A DNA stretch of 64,000 nt from Mobula birostris (Eukaryota), in the NCBI RefSeq assembly GCF_030028105.1, contig NC_092382.1, positions 99,588,699-99,652,698 on the forward strand, in the 5' to 3' direction. Each line of letters starts with the position of its first letter. Position 1 is the stretch's first letter. Below, piece by piece: positions 50,401-61,668 of the stretch. The notes under the pieces are model-generated. The model saw only the letters and a list, made by a program, of their open reading frames with translations, was not told the DNA's origin and searched no databases. The position numbers were made by a program, and so were the translations under genes.

Positions 50401-51819
50401 AAAGAAATCACACAGACAAGCAGACGAGCGTCTGATTATCAGCTGGGTCTCAATAGGTTGCAGGACTGTATCCGTGCGGTGTGCGTCTGCATTACAGACT
50501 GCAGTACAAATACTTTCCTTACCACAGCAGTTATATATCAGTCTAAACTACCCTGATAGTCATGTTCTTGTGTGTATTTACATTGGATACGAAAAAGACA
50601 CTATAGTAAATGAAGCAACACACAGAAAGCTGGACAATCAAGATGCAAAAGAACGCAGACAACACAATTATAAATAACACACATCGTCATCAATAAATGA
50701 TATTCAGAGCATGAGCTGCAGAGAGCTTGAAAGAGATTCTGTCGGTTTTGAAATAGTTCCGTGTTGAGGTGAATGAAGTTATCCACACTGATACAGGAGA
50801 CCGAATCTCCGTGGATAACTTCACTGACCGCAACACTGAAGAGCAAGATAATTGCTTCACTCAGGCTTGCCATGAGGGTATGACGAATGGCGAAGAATTT
50901 CTGTCGTGGAAGTGATACCATGATTTCGAAATGATAACAGTAGTAAGTTGGAGCTCTGAGCAGACTTATCAATTGGATAGAACCTGCGTCCCATGGGTAT
51001 GTGCCTCCCGGTTTCGAATCATCCAATCGCATCTGCTTGACATGAACTCATCTCAGGCCTCGTCGGCAGCTTCTCAAAATGCCAGCCGTCCAAAGGCGAC
51101 AACGTGCGGAGGAAGTGAATTAATTGAGACAGAGCCAACTCGAAACCAACTGCTTCGATATGCAGCGGCTTTCCGGCTATCTGATACTGGGCTTCACTTG
51201 ATTCCATATGGCGGAAGTGTACTCGTCCTGTACACCATAGTGTGGGGAAGATTCAGCCTGCCGCTGATTGTGGTGGTGATCCCGCGTAAGTAAAAATCAC
51301 AGGTTTATGGGAAGGGGGTTGTAGAATGCCCTTTGTGGAATGACGTACTGCAGCATCGGACGTGGTTAGGGTTGGTAGATTTCCTCATCAAGCTGTCTCC
51401 GTTGCAACTCATGGCCCGACAACGTCTGAACACTTATAAATGATTGCCGCGCTTGTCAGACTGTCCCACTGTGGAATAAGGCATTCAAAGGACGGGTGTC
51501 CCACAGTTACGCTTTTCAGTTTGGAAAAGGACCTCGGGGGTTTCTCGGAGGGTGTATAAGGCTCTATCCAAACTTTGTTCCAAACTTAAAAGCGGAAGAA
51601 AAGCTAGTATGCTCAACGGATATTTAACACCAACTCCAAACTGCGGTGCACTGCGTTTCGTTTTGCCTGACTTGGAGTGCGCGTGTGTCAGTGTTACTTT
51701 GCGTTTCGTATGTTTCACTTGGGGCTAAATGCTTGGAGTTGATCGCAGAGTGGCCAGTGTCTCTCGGGAGCGTCAGTCCCTTCTTTGTAGACACTGTTAC
51801 GTGTCAAAGTAATGAGTGA

Positions 51820-51867
<48 letters not shown>

Positions 51868-52109
51868 TGAGGGAAAGAGAGTGAGAAAGGGACAGAATGG
51901 TTATTCAGCTCAGCAGAGTTGGACTAGTCTGCTCTACCGGATCTGTTCCACCATTCAACCGTGGTCAGCGGGCGAGCATGGTGTTTCGTGCCCATGACAC
52001 GGCGCGCAATTGTGTGAATCGTTGAATCAATCGAAGAGTGGCCACGGTCCTTCGAGATCGCGAGCCCTTCCTTCTGTCTGGCCTCCGCGCACTTTGAACT
52101 GCAATTTCA

Positions 52110-52570
52110 ATACATTAAAATTCAAGCAACACACATCTAAATTGCTGGTGAACGCAGCAGGCCAGGCAGCATCTCTAGGAGGAGGTACAGTCGACGTTTC
52201 AGGCCGAGACCCTTCGTCAGGACTAACTGAAGGAAGAGTTAGTAAGATGTTTTGAAAGTGCAAGGGGGAGGGGGAGATCCAAAATGATAGGAGAAGACAG
52301 GATTGGTAAGGATGGAGCCAAGAGCTGGACAGGTGATTGGCAAAAAGGATATGAGAAGATCATGGGACAGGAGGTCCAGGGAGAAAGACAAGGGGGGGGG
52401 CCAGAGGATGGGCAAGGGGTATAGTTAGAGGGACAGAGGGAGAAAAAGGAGAGAGAGGGAAAGAATGTGTGTATACAAATAAATAACAGATGGGGTACGA
52501 GGGGGAGGTGTGGCATTAGCGGAAGTTAGAGAAGTCGATGTTCATGCCATCAGGTTGGAGGCTACCCAGA
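52110..52570 (-). mobile_element. Penelope-like element fragment in the V intron
   Basis: Palindromic end with a hammerhead core, typical of Penelope-like elements. Related copy at ~36320-36520. Confidence 0.6.
52189..52224 (-). ncRNA. Minimal type I hammerhead ribozyme motif
   Basis: AGTC-CTGACGA-AGG(GTCTCGG)CCT-GAAAC-GTC-GACT. Core, 3-bp stem II and 4-bp stem I all pair. Confidence 0.7.
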
Positions 52571-54202
52571 CATTAAGGTTCAATAGGTTTCTGTTTTACA
52601 GGGGTTCTGCCCACGTACCTGAAACAGTCGCCTTCCTCTCTATCAGTCACAGAGGGAGAGGCAGCCACCGTCTACTCTACGCTGACGAATACGGGCTATA
52701 ATGTTATGTATTGGCACAGACAGCGTTCCGATCGGGCAATGGATGCTCTCTTCTATTCAGCTGTGCATGGTTCCGTTACGAACTACACATCCGATTCCTA
52801 CACAGCGACAACACCCAGCAGCACTCTGCTTAAACTGGAGCTCAGTCGGGCATCGGCCTCCCTGCCACCGTTTACTACTGCGCTTGTAGTAGCGCACAGA
52901 ACCTGAGATAACGAGTCTCCCACTGCAAAAATCTTCCAGCCGATCAGAGGGAAGTTTGAACGTTCCTCTTCCACCGCACGGAGGCAGCACCGAGCTGTAG
53001 TAGACTGCTCCTTTCTATCCCGAACGGGCAGCGCTCGGCTGGCTTTCCGCCGGTGTTTCAGTTTCCTCAGGGATCACAAAGACAAGCGTTCCATTTGGAT
53101 GCGTAACTGCTTCACATCAGCTCTGCATTTGACAGCAAGATACTCCAGGGAGACGTTCAGATGCCCCAGCACGGCGTGGAAACATCTCTCTGTCTGTACA
53201 TCTGGTTAGCTCCGTAAAATAACCAGCGTAATCAAAGATCCCAGCCACCACTCGAGCAGCTTCTCTCTCGTTTGACTTCCGACTCTCAAACAGGCCGTTT
53301 GTACGATCTCAGGCTGCAATAATGTAGACTCTTCCCATCAGAACCTGTCTAATTATGATCTTCGTTCTTTCTTTAGCTAGACACTTGTGGCCATAATAAA
53401 CTAATATAATAATTTACCTTGTTCTCCCTCAATCCACAGTGCGAAGCAATTTGACGCTCTAACTTGCTCTTCAAGTGTAGGTAGGTCAGCAATATTTTTT
53501 TTTTACCGCCGATCGGTGTCCGATGATTTGCGAGAACTCAAAAGTTATGTGTTGCTGCAGAGTTCAGAGTCCGAAGTAAAATCCTAATCAAAACAGGAAC
53601 GTGGCACGAGCTACCCTGAGGTTAAATTTCTGGACAATTACAGCACATACGATGAAAGATAACAATAAAGTCCATGAAAACCCAGGCACAAAGATGGACA
53701 AACAGTATGCAAATAAAGGCAAAATGTGCAAAGACATATTAAGCATAAAACAATAAGTGTGGAAGTAATAAATATTATTGAGATCACAGTGGGTGAAAAT
53801 CTTGAAAAAGATCACCTAGGTTTTCAAATAGTTCAACGTTAAGGTGGGTGAAGTTGTCAACACCAAGCGAAGAGCCCGAACCTGCGGGGAAACGTCACTC
53901 ATCTCAACATTGAACGAAACAAGATGGCGGCTACACGCCGCCTTGCTGTGCGTTATGGCGAAGGGCCATTACTTTCTGCCATAGAAGCAATTCCCCTATC
54001 AGCGAATCCCAAGTAATTCAATTGAATCTCTAATCTCGTAATATATTCGTTTCATTCGGGTGAATTTACCGATTATTTGAAACCTGCTTCCCTTGGACAT
54101 GTGCCTCCCAGCTTGGAATTATCCAGCCCCTTCTGGAGGGGATCTCGACTCTCCTCGCCAGCTTGTCAGCACTGCTTTGAGCTCCAAAGAGGGATATCGC
54201 TG

Positions 54203-54214
54203 CGGAAGTGACGC
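54203..54214 (+). promoter_or_regulatory. ETS-CRE composite V promoter motif CGGAAGTGACGC
   Basis: ~120 bp upstream of the leader ATG. Equivalents at 58009-58020 and 60548-60560. Confidence 0.7.
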
Positions 54215-54330
54215 AATTGGCAGGGAGCCAATGGGAGAATTGCTTTATCTGGCCAGGCGGTGAGACTTCCCCGTGAATTGATACTGAGCTTCACTCGATT
54301 CCACACAGCGGAAGTATCCTCACCCTGTAA

Positions 54331-54382
54331 ATGATGCTGAGGGACTGGCTTTCCCTTCCGCTGATCGTGGCGATGATCCCGC
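54331..54382 (+). CDS. TRBV: Leader exon, CACS-family unit 3
   Basis: MMLRDWLSLPLIVAMIP C|GTAAGT, 52 nt, phase 1. Confidence 0.88.
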
Positions 54383-54988
54383 GTAAGTTAAAATCACAGG
54401 TCTGGGGTAACGGGGTGTAGAATGTCCTCAGTCCAACTACATTGTGCAGTGTCGGATGCGGTTGCTTGATAGATATTCTCCTCATGAGGCCGATGATTTG
54501 ATGCCTCCCTTTCAGCTCATTAGCCAAATGACAAAACGTTTTCTGACAGGTAAATCGTTACCGCGCTTGTCAGAGCGACCGAGTGTGGGGTTTTTCAGTT
54601 CTCTCACCTGGCTCTGAGGGGGTGCTATGGGTGTCTCATCCCACAGTAGTTCATTGTATTGATCGCAGAGCGACCGGTGTCTTTCGGGAGTACAATCCCC
54701 TTCTCCGCAGACATTTTGGGTGCGTGTCAGCGCTACAAGAAAGAGAAAGGGAGAGAGAGGGGGGAGAGAGAGAGCTCGTTTGAGTTAGGCTATTCAGCCC
54801 ATCGAGCCTGTTCCACCATCCGGCCAGGGTCATCGGGTGAGGATCGCATAGCACGCCGATCTGCAGGTTAATCGGAGAGTGGCCGTGGTCTGCCGATCAC
54901 ACCAAACTCTTTATGTGTCTAGCTTCCGCGCTCTTTCATGATCAATTCGGATAAATTGACAGAGTCTAATCTCAATTCTGTCCTACAG

Positions 54989-55282
54989 GGATTCTGACCG
55001 CCTACGTGGAGCAGTCGCTTTCCTCCCTGACAGTCCCGGAGGGAGAGACGGCAACTCTCTCGTGTACGCTGCTGAATACGGTCTATACAAACATGTACTG
55101 GTACCGACAGCGGTCCGGCCGGGCAATAGATGCTCTATTCTATTCTGCTGGGCAAGATTCAGCTATGAATTACACATCTGATTCCTGCGCGGCGACAAGG
55201 CCCAGCAGCACTCTGTTTAAACTGGAGCTGAGACAAGCATCGTCCTCCCACACCGCCGTCTACTTCTGCGCGTGTAATAGCG
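54989..55282 (+). CDS. TRBV: Apparently functional TCR V-beta-like V exon (unit 3)
   Basis: ILTAYVEQSLSSLTVPEGETATLSCTLLNTVYTNMYWYRQ...SHTAVYFCACNS. Acceptor CCTACAG, RSS CACAGAA-23-ACAAAAACT at 55283-55321. Confidence 0.88.
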
Positions 55283-55360
55283 CACAGAACTTGAAATAAC
55301 GAGTCTCCCTGTACAAAAACTGTCGAGCCAATCGCAGCGAGCTTCAGTGATCCTGTTGCG

Positions 55361-55376
55361 CCTCTAGGTGGTAGCA
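55361..55376 (+). promoter_or_regulatory. RSS-proximal CTCF-like motif CCTCTAGGTGGTAGCA
   Basis: 39 bp after the nonamer. Confidence 0.7.
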
Positions 55377-56560
55377 CGCGATTGTCTTTCCCTCTTCTGT
55401 CTCCTGCGGGGAACAGGCCTGCTATCTCAGGTATAACATACAGAAGCATAGCGGCTTGTTATTGGCTCTGCTCTGCAATTAAAGGAAAGAATATCGAGAG
55501 ATGTACAGAGCTGAGTTGATCAGATATCTGTCGACACAGCCCGTTACCTCAGCCAAGTAGCCAGCATAACAAAGGCTCTCTGCTGCTGTTTCCGACTCTT
55601 CTGCGAGGGGATGTTTTGATAATGTGCTCTCCTGACCTTACTATGCAGTTCCCTGTGGTCTTGTTCACCTGCACTGCATTTTTTCTCTGTCACTGTTAAA
55701 CTTTACAGCTGAACCTTGTTCTGCATCAGTGCGCTGTGTCATTATTTGACCGGTGTGAATGAGATGGAGGAGGATTCTTTCACTGAAGCTCGATACATTT
55801 ACGTTGTTCCATCTGAATGCACCGTGTAATAAATTGATCTCTCATCACTGCATAACTGCTTCGGCAGGTCAGTGCACGTTTCTGTTCTCACCAGCATACC
55901 AACTGCCTTCGTTGCCTGCCTCATTGCTCCCGTATCACCATAGCTTCCCCATCAACCCACAACGATTTCCCTGTGATTTCTATTCTGGCTTTGAGCATGA
56001 GTGTGTGTCGGATCATGGTTAACACAAATGCAATATGAGTAATTCAAGAAGATAGGTGTACGGATAGATAGATAGATATCCAGTAAAACAGTCAGGCAAA
56101 CATACAGACCTGGCAGCAAAATATCGTGTGCTGGTGTTCCCCCGGACACAGCCCATGATCTCTTCCTCCTTGAGATGATTTATTCCACTGTCGTCACTGG
56201 TATTTGGGATCATATTACTTAGATTTTCACTGTCGTCCGCCCTTCCTTACATGCCTTTCGTTTGTTCGTACAACTAATGCTCTGTTTTGCTTGCCCTGCG
56301 TTCATCTGCCTCTCAAGCACGTCTGCCTCCCAGCTTCGAATCATATAAACGTATCTGCATGGCATGAACTCATCTCGGGCCTCGTCGTCAGCTTCACCAC
56401 AATGTCAACCGGCCAAAGGGGGCAAGGCGCCGAGGGAGTGCGGTTATTGGCACAGAAGCATCGGTAAACCAGTCCGCTTTTTCAGACCACGCCGATAAAC
56501 TTGAACCTGAGAGCTGATACTGAGCTTCACACGATTACACATAAATATCGTGCCCTGGAG

Positions 56561-56612
56561 ATGATGTTGTGGTGGACGTTTTGCCTCCCGCTGATTGCGG
56601 CGATGTTCCCGA
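56561..56612 (+). pseudogene. Orphan leader exon (unit 4); V exon absent
   Basis: MMLWWTFCLPLIAAMFP A|GTAAGG with homologous promoter and intron start. No V is seen before the next leader at 58137. Confidence 0.8.
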
Positions 56613-57801
56613 GTAAGGTGACATCACAGATGGTGGGGAAGCAGGTGTAAAATGTCCTTTGCAAGCGGAAATAGTGCAGCATCTGACGTGATTAGGCTTT
56701 ATAGATATCCGCGTCATGACGCAAAAGATTTGAGGACTCTCCTTCAACCATCGAGCCTGATGACGAAGTGTCTTATCACTGATAAGCGGTTTCCGCGCAT
56801 GTCAGATTGCCCCAGGGTGAGATAGGGCATTGAATTCACGGATATTCCTGAGTTCCTCTACGATACCTGTAAGAGGAGCTCGGGGGTTTCTCGTTTTTTT
56901 TTTACGAGAGATTATGTGTCAAAAGTAAATGCGGATCAAATGCGAATATGCTCTTCTGCATTTTACCCCAATTCCTCACTTGTTGAATGCATCTCGTGTT
57001 TGTCTAAATTAGGGTACGGATGTGTCGGTGCCATCGTGTTATAGCCGGAGATGTAATTGGGGACAGCTCCCGCGTCGTATTCAATTCTCCACATGTTATG
57101 CGCTTCGAATACCCTCTGACAACCTAGTCCAGGTCCTGGTCTTCACATGTGGCTGAGCGACTATGCCCGGAGAAACTGTCTCTGCTGACATGGGAAGAGA
57201 AGAATGGCGGCTTACTGGCGCCTTAAAACCAGTCGCTTCGGGCAGATGGGGCTAGTCAGCCGCGGTTGGCATTTCATCTTGGGGAAGGAAAACTCTGATG
57301 TCAAACCTCCGCTGCTTTGCGGCTGTACCCATCCATGGGGAGGGTTTCAGTAGTGATTCCCCGGGGACAAATCCGGAGCTGCAGCCCCGAAATTAATCCT
57401 CTGTCGAATTTAAAGTTGACTGGCAGCTCCTGGGACGCCGGAGGTACCGAAATATACCGGTCTCTGTGGGGAAACTTGCTACATGGGCAACAACTTGCTC
57501 TCCATAACATACTGACCGGGGTTGCGTGTAGAGATAGAGCATAGAACATAGAACATAGAATAGTACAGCACAGTACAGGCCCTTCGGCCCACAATGTTGT
57601 GCCGACCCTCAAACCCTGCCTCCTATATAAGCCCCCAACTTAGATTCCTCCATATGCCTGTCTATGACGCAGCACCCATAGTCGACCCTGTACGAACGGG
57701 GTCTCGCTCTCTGACTCACTCGCCCTGCGTGGATGCTACCGGACCTTCTGGAGTCCTCCAGCATTTACGTCTTTTGATAGATAGATGAAGAGGGAGAGTA
57801 T

Positions 57802-57845
<44 letters not shown>

Positions 57846-58136
57846 TGAGAGAGATCTGAAGATTTTGTGTTTTTTTTCATTGGTGGTAGATGCTGTAGGT
57901 CTGATGCGTTAACCAATTGTATTTCCTATGAATGTTTGTTCAACTGTAACCGAAACTTTCGTTCGATATCGGCTTCTGAACTGTAATAACCTTCGTGGTA
58001 AGACGCGCAGGAAGTGACGCCTTCAACAAAGGGACAATGGGATTTCCGTAATCAGATAGGAGACAACGCGTTTCTTCTGAATACCGGCATTGCGCTGCAC
58101 TCGATGACAAAGTGAGCCGGTATCTCTTTAGAGTGG

Positions 58137-58188
58137 ATGATGGCTTGTGGAACGCCTTGCATCCTCCTGATTTTGCCGTTGATACCAA
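58137..58188 (+). CDS. TRBV: Leader exon, unit 5
   Basis: MMACGTPCILLILPLIP A|GTAAGT, 52 nt, phase 1. Confidence 0.85.
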
Positions 58189-58732
58189 GTAAGTCAAACC
58201 ATCACAGATCCACGGAAAGCGGTGTGGTTTTCCTGTTAGACTTACGCAGTCCGGCATTTTCCTTCCTTCAGCTCGGTAGAGGGTATCAAATTTGAAATCC
58301 CCTCCGAAGCTCATGTTCCAAAATGGAAAGATCAGACCACTGATGACAGCCGGCACGTTGGGTTTCGGAATTGAAATGACGTCCTCTCCAATGGACGGGA
58401 CTGAACGTGGAAGAGGGGACATGTATGTCTGTGCTGCACTGAGGGGGCTGAGGTACTGATACTAAATACGGATCAAATGCCAGCAAGCTGTCCAGTTTTC
58501 CGGTTCAGTTCCCCAATCTGGTCCAATGGCGGCTGATATGGCCCACGGAGCCGTACACCACTGTGACATTTCTCGCACGTTACTCACTAGTGATTGGATA
58601 TCATCCCGTTGGGTTTTGCTGAGGGTGGCCAAAGGATTTAAGATACGCGGGTTCCTTCTTTTTGAACATTTTAAACAATATCTGGTTGACTATTGAGAGC
58701 AAGTAGAGACTGATTGAATTCCTTTCTTGCAG

Positions 58733-59026
58733 CGATTCTGGCGGCTTACGTGCAGCAGTCGTCTTCCTCCCTGTCAATTGGAGAGGGAGAGTCGGCCAGC
58801 ATCTCGTGTACGCTGCTAAATACGGGATATCCAGCCATGCTTTGGTATAGGCAGCGATCCGATCGGACAATGGATGCTCTCTTCTATTCTGCTGGGCAAG
58901 GTCAGTCTATGAACTACACATCGGATTCCTACACGGCGACAAGGCCCAGCAGCACTCTGTTTAAATTGGAACTGGGCCGGGCATCGGCCTCCCACGACGC
59001 CGTCTACTACTGCGCTTGTAGTAGCG
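58733..59026 (+). CDS. TRBV: Apparently functional TCR V-beta-like V exon (unit 5)
   Basis: ILAAYVQQSSSSLSIGEGESASISCTLLNTGYPAMLWYRQ...SHDAVYYCACSS. Acceptor TTGCAG, RSS CACAGAG-23-ACAAAAACC at 59027-59065. Confidence 0.9.
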
Positions 59027-59104
59027 CACAGAGCTTCAGATACCGAGTCTCCCACTACAAAAACCCTGCAGCTGATTGCAGGCAGGTTCAGAGTTCCTTT
59101 TGTA

Positions 59105-59120
59105 CCAGCAGGTGGCAGCA
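59105..59120 (+). promoter_or_regulatory. RSS-proximal CTCF-like motif CCAGCAGGTGGCAGCA
   Basis: Close match to the CTCF core, 39 bp after the nonamer. Confidence 0.8.
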
Positions 59121-60015
59121 CAGGACTGTGTTTGGCAGCCACTTGTACTGTCGCGGACGGGGAAAACCTGGCTGGCGTTCTCTCCTGCTCCAATAACGGT
59201 CGATATCACCAGGACAAGAATTCTACCTGATATGGCAACTGCTCTACAGTTACCAGCAAGAAACTCCAGAAAACAATACGTCCGCACAGCTCAGCGGATC
59301 TTGGAAACGTCCCCTCGCTAACATCTCCTTCTGTCAGAAGAACAAAGACGCCAGCCACCAGTCGGTCAGAAGACTCAAGATCTGAATATACATACTAACA
59401 GTCGCAAAGCAAACCTTTTCTCCCGCTGTTATTCAACTCTCGAGTGGCCCATTTTCTACGGTGCGATGGTACAGAAATGTGGGCCGCTGACGTCACAATG
59501 AACCTCGTTTTGGTCCTGTACGTCAGTTCTGCTTTCTCTCGGCAGCTCTTAAACTTTATTGTCGTGCCTTATTCTACATCAGTGCACCGTGTACTGATTG
59601 TATATCTGTGAACAAGCTTATCACTGCATCTTGTTACAGGTGACAGTAGCAAGTCAATGTCAATACCAGCACCGATACCCTCCAGAGCTGCTGACTGACC
59701 CGCTAAGTTTCTGCACTAAGTTGACGGTGACACCAAACTGAGTGGAAAAGCAAATTGTCACGGCTGAACACATGAAGCCACACCCCTCAACCGTACGTTA
59801 GAATAATACCGAATATCTTAGTCATCACCGCGCTCTTTACGAGCAATGTGCTATGAAGTGGGAGACCGTGGTCTACCCAGGACCATGATTAATCCTGCTA
59901 ATTGTTTCTACAGAAGTGTTTTCCCTTTGTTTTATTCTTGGCAGTGTCTTTCCGAAACATTTTACCCCAGCCATTTCCAATCGTCATTAGAGATGTTCTG
60001 CCCGATATTAGTGGT

Positions 60016-60188
60016 TGTTCAAATAGGACTGAAAGTGGAACCATCTACCGCCTGTTCCCAAGGGTTCACGGGACCCCGATCGGGAATCCATTCAGTTGCG
60101 ACACCTTGCCTAAGGGTGACCCGTATCCTAGCGGAGGGAAGGAGCGCCTTAGACCTCCTTCGGAAGAGACCCACCTCCTCTCGTCACC
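60016..60188. repeat. ~170-bp element duplicated at 61973-62145
   Basis: First ~105 bp are nearly identical between copies. Probably a dispersed repeat fragment. Confidence 0.85.
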
Positions 60189-60677
60189 CACAGTACCGCG
60201 GTATCATGTGGAACGCACGATGGAGTTAAACAAGAGGCCGCGGGATAACAGAACCGGATCGGTTGATGCGAATGGAAGCAGTCGCGCTTGATGGTATTGT
60301 GCGATCAGGCGTGGATCAAACAGGCCGCTTGCTTTGAGGTTATGGCGAAGTGGGGAAGCCTTTCTGGCATCGATGTGTTAACTGGTTGAAGCTCTATTCT
60401 GTTTGCATAGTCCCTGCCGTGGGGTACATTGACCAATCATTTTAAAACGGCTTACCACGAGTGTACGCCTCTCAGTTTCTAATTTGTTTTGCATGAACCC
60501 ATCTCGGGCCTTGTCGTCAGTTCCACGAAAATGAAAAACGACCCAGGCGGAAGTGACGTAATCACGACAAAGACAACGGGAATCTAGTTCCTTTATTAGA
60601 CTAGACAGATAGACTTCCCTGAGAGCTGGTTCTGAGCTTCACTCGATCCACACAGAGGAAGAATCCTTATCCTGCAG

Positions 60678-61574
60678 ATGGTGGTGCGGAGGACAATTTC
60701 CTTGCCGCTGATCGTGGCCATGATCCCACGTAAGTAAAATTCACAGATCTCGGGGAAAGGGGTGTTGAACGACCTTTGTGTAACGACATGGTTCAGCATT
60801 GGACATGGTTACGCTTGGTAGATTTTCTCGAAAGAGGCCGAAGATTTGATGCCAACTTGGCAACTCATGAGCCGAATGAGAAAGCACCTTCCACTGATAA
60901 GCTTTCCCGCGCTGGTCGAACTGACCTAGTTGACATTGCGCGCTTCCTTCAGTTCCGCTAAGCCTGGAAGATGATTTCGGGATATCTCCGGGGATGAGTG
61001 GGGTTTTGCGTCAAAACTGAACGCGGACCAAGTGAGATTTGTACGATATTTAACCTCAGAATCAAAGCGTTTCGAAGAATCTCATTTTGTCTGAATTGGA
61101 GTACGTGTGTGTCAGGACGGTGCATCGCGCCTATTGCACGTCGCAGAGTAGTGCCAACCTTCGTGTTAACCTGAGAGTGGACGGCATATTTCGGGAACGC
61201 CAGCCACTTCCTTCTGTCTAGTTTACGCGCGCGCTGATCAGCAACTGAGGGACATTGGAGATTAATCGATTTTCTGCTTTACAAGGATTCTGGGCGCTTT
61301 CGTCGAGCAGTCGCCTTCCTCCTTGTCAGTCGGAGAGGGTGAGACGGCCAGTGTCTCGTGTACGCTGTTGAAAACGGACTATACACGCATGCATTGGTAC
61401 AGGCAGCGGTCCGACCAGGCAATAGATTGTCTCTTCTATTTTTTTTGTCAAGGTTTGGTTACGAACTACACATCCGATTCCTACACGGCCACAAGACCCA
61501 GCAGCAGTTAAAACTGGAGCTGAGAAAAGCATCGCTCTCCCACTCTGCCATCTACTATTGCGCTTCCAGTAGCG
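60678..61574 (+). pseudogene. Unit 6 V-beta-like pseudogene: leader 60678-60729, V 61285-61574 ending YYCASS
   Basis: Leader MVVRRTISLPLIVAMIP. The acceptor AG is changed to AA, and a 4-nt deletion gives TAA at ~61509. RSS CACAGAA-23-ACAAAAACC at 61575-61613 is intact. Confidence 0.9.
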
Positions 61575-61652
61575 CACAGAACTTCAGATAACGAGTCTCC
61601 CACTACAAAAACCTTCCGGCCGGACGCAGGGAGGTTTCGCGGTTCTGTTGCA

Positions 61653-61668
61653 CCACTAGGTGGCAGCA
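61653..61668 (+). promoter_or_regulatory. RSS-proximal CTCF-like motif CCACTAGGTGGCAGCA
   Basis: Close match to the CTCF core, 39 bp after the nonamer. Confidence 0.8.

Larger units (their letters stand above)
51237..52894 (+). pseudogene. CACS-family V unit 2 pseudogene: leader 51237-51285, V 52602-52894
   Basis: The leader start is ATA rather than ATG, Cys23 is TCT (Ser), and a 1-nt deletion precedes YYCACSS. RSS CACAGAA-23-GCAAAAATC at 52895-52933. Confidence 0.88.

Noticed and set aside
21623-53714. Octamer ATGCAAAT at 21623, 47821 and 53707
   Set aside because: The count is near chance for 64 kb and none lies at an Ig-type promoter position upstream of a V leader.
53920-53931. YY1 consensus CAAGATGGCGGC upstream of unit 3
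   Set aside because: Single occurrence that is not conserved in paralogous units. Such motifs are common in repeats.
54523-54571. Alternative leader MPPFQLISQMTKRFLT G|GT for the 55-kb V
   Set aside because: Not hydrophobic and not conserved in paralogous units. The exon at 54331-54382 is conserved.
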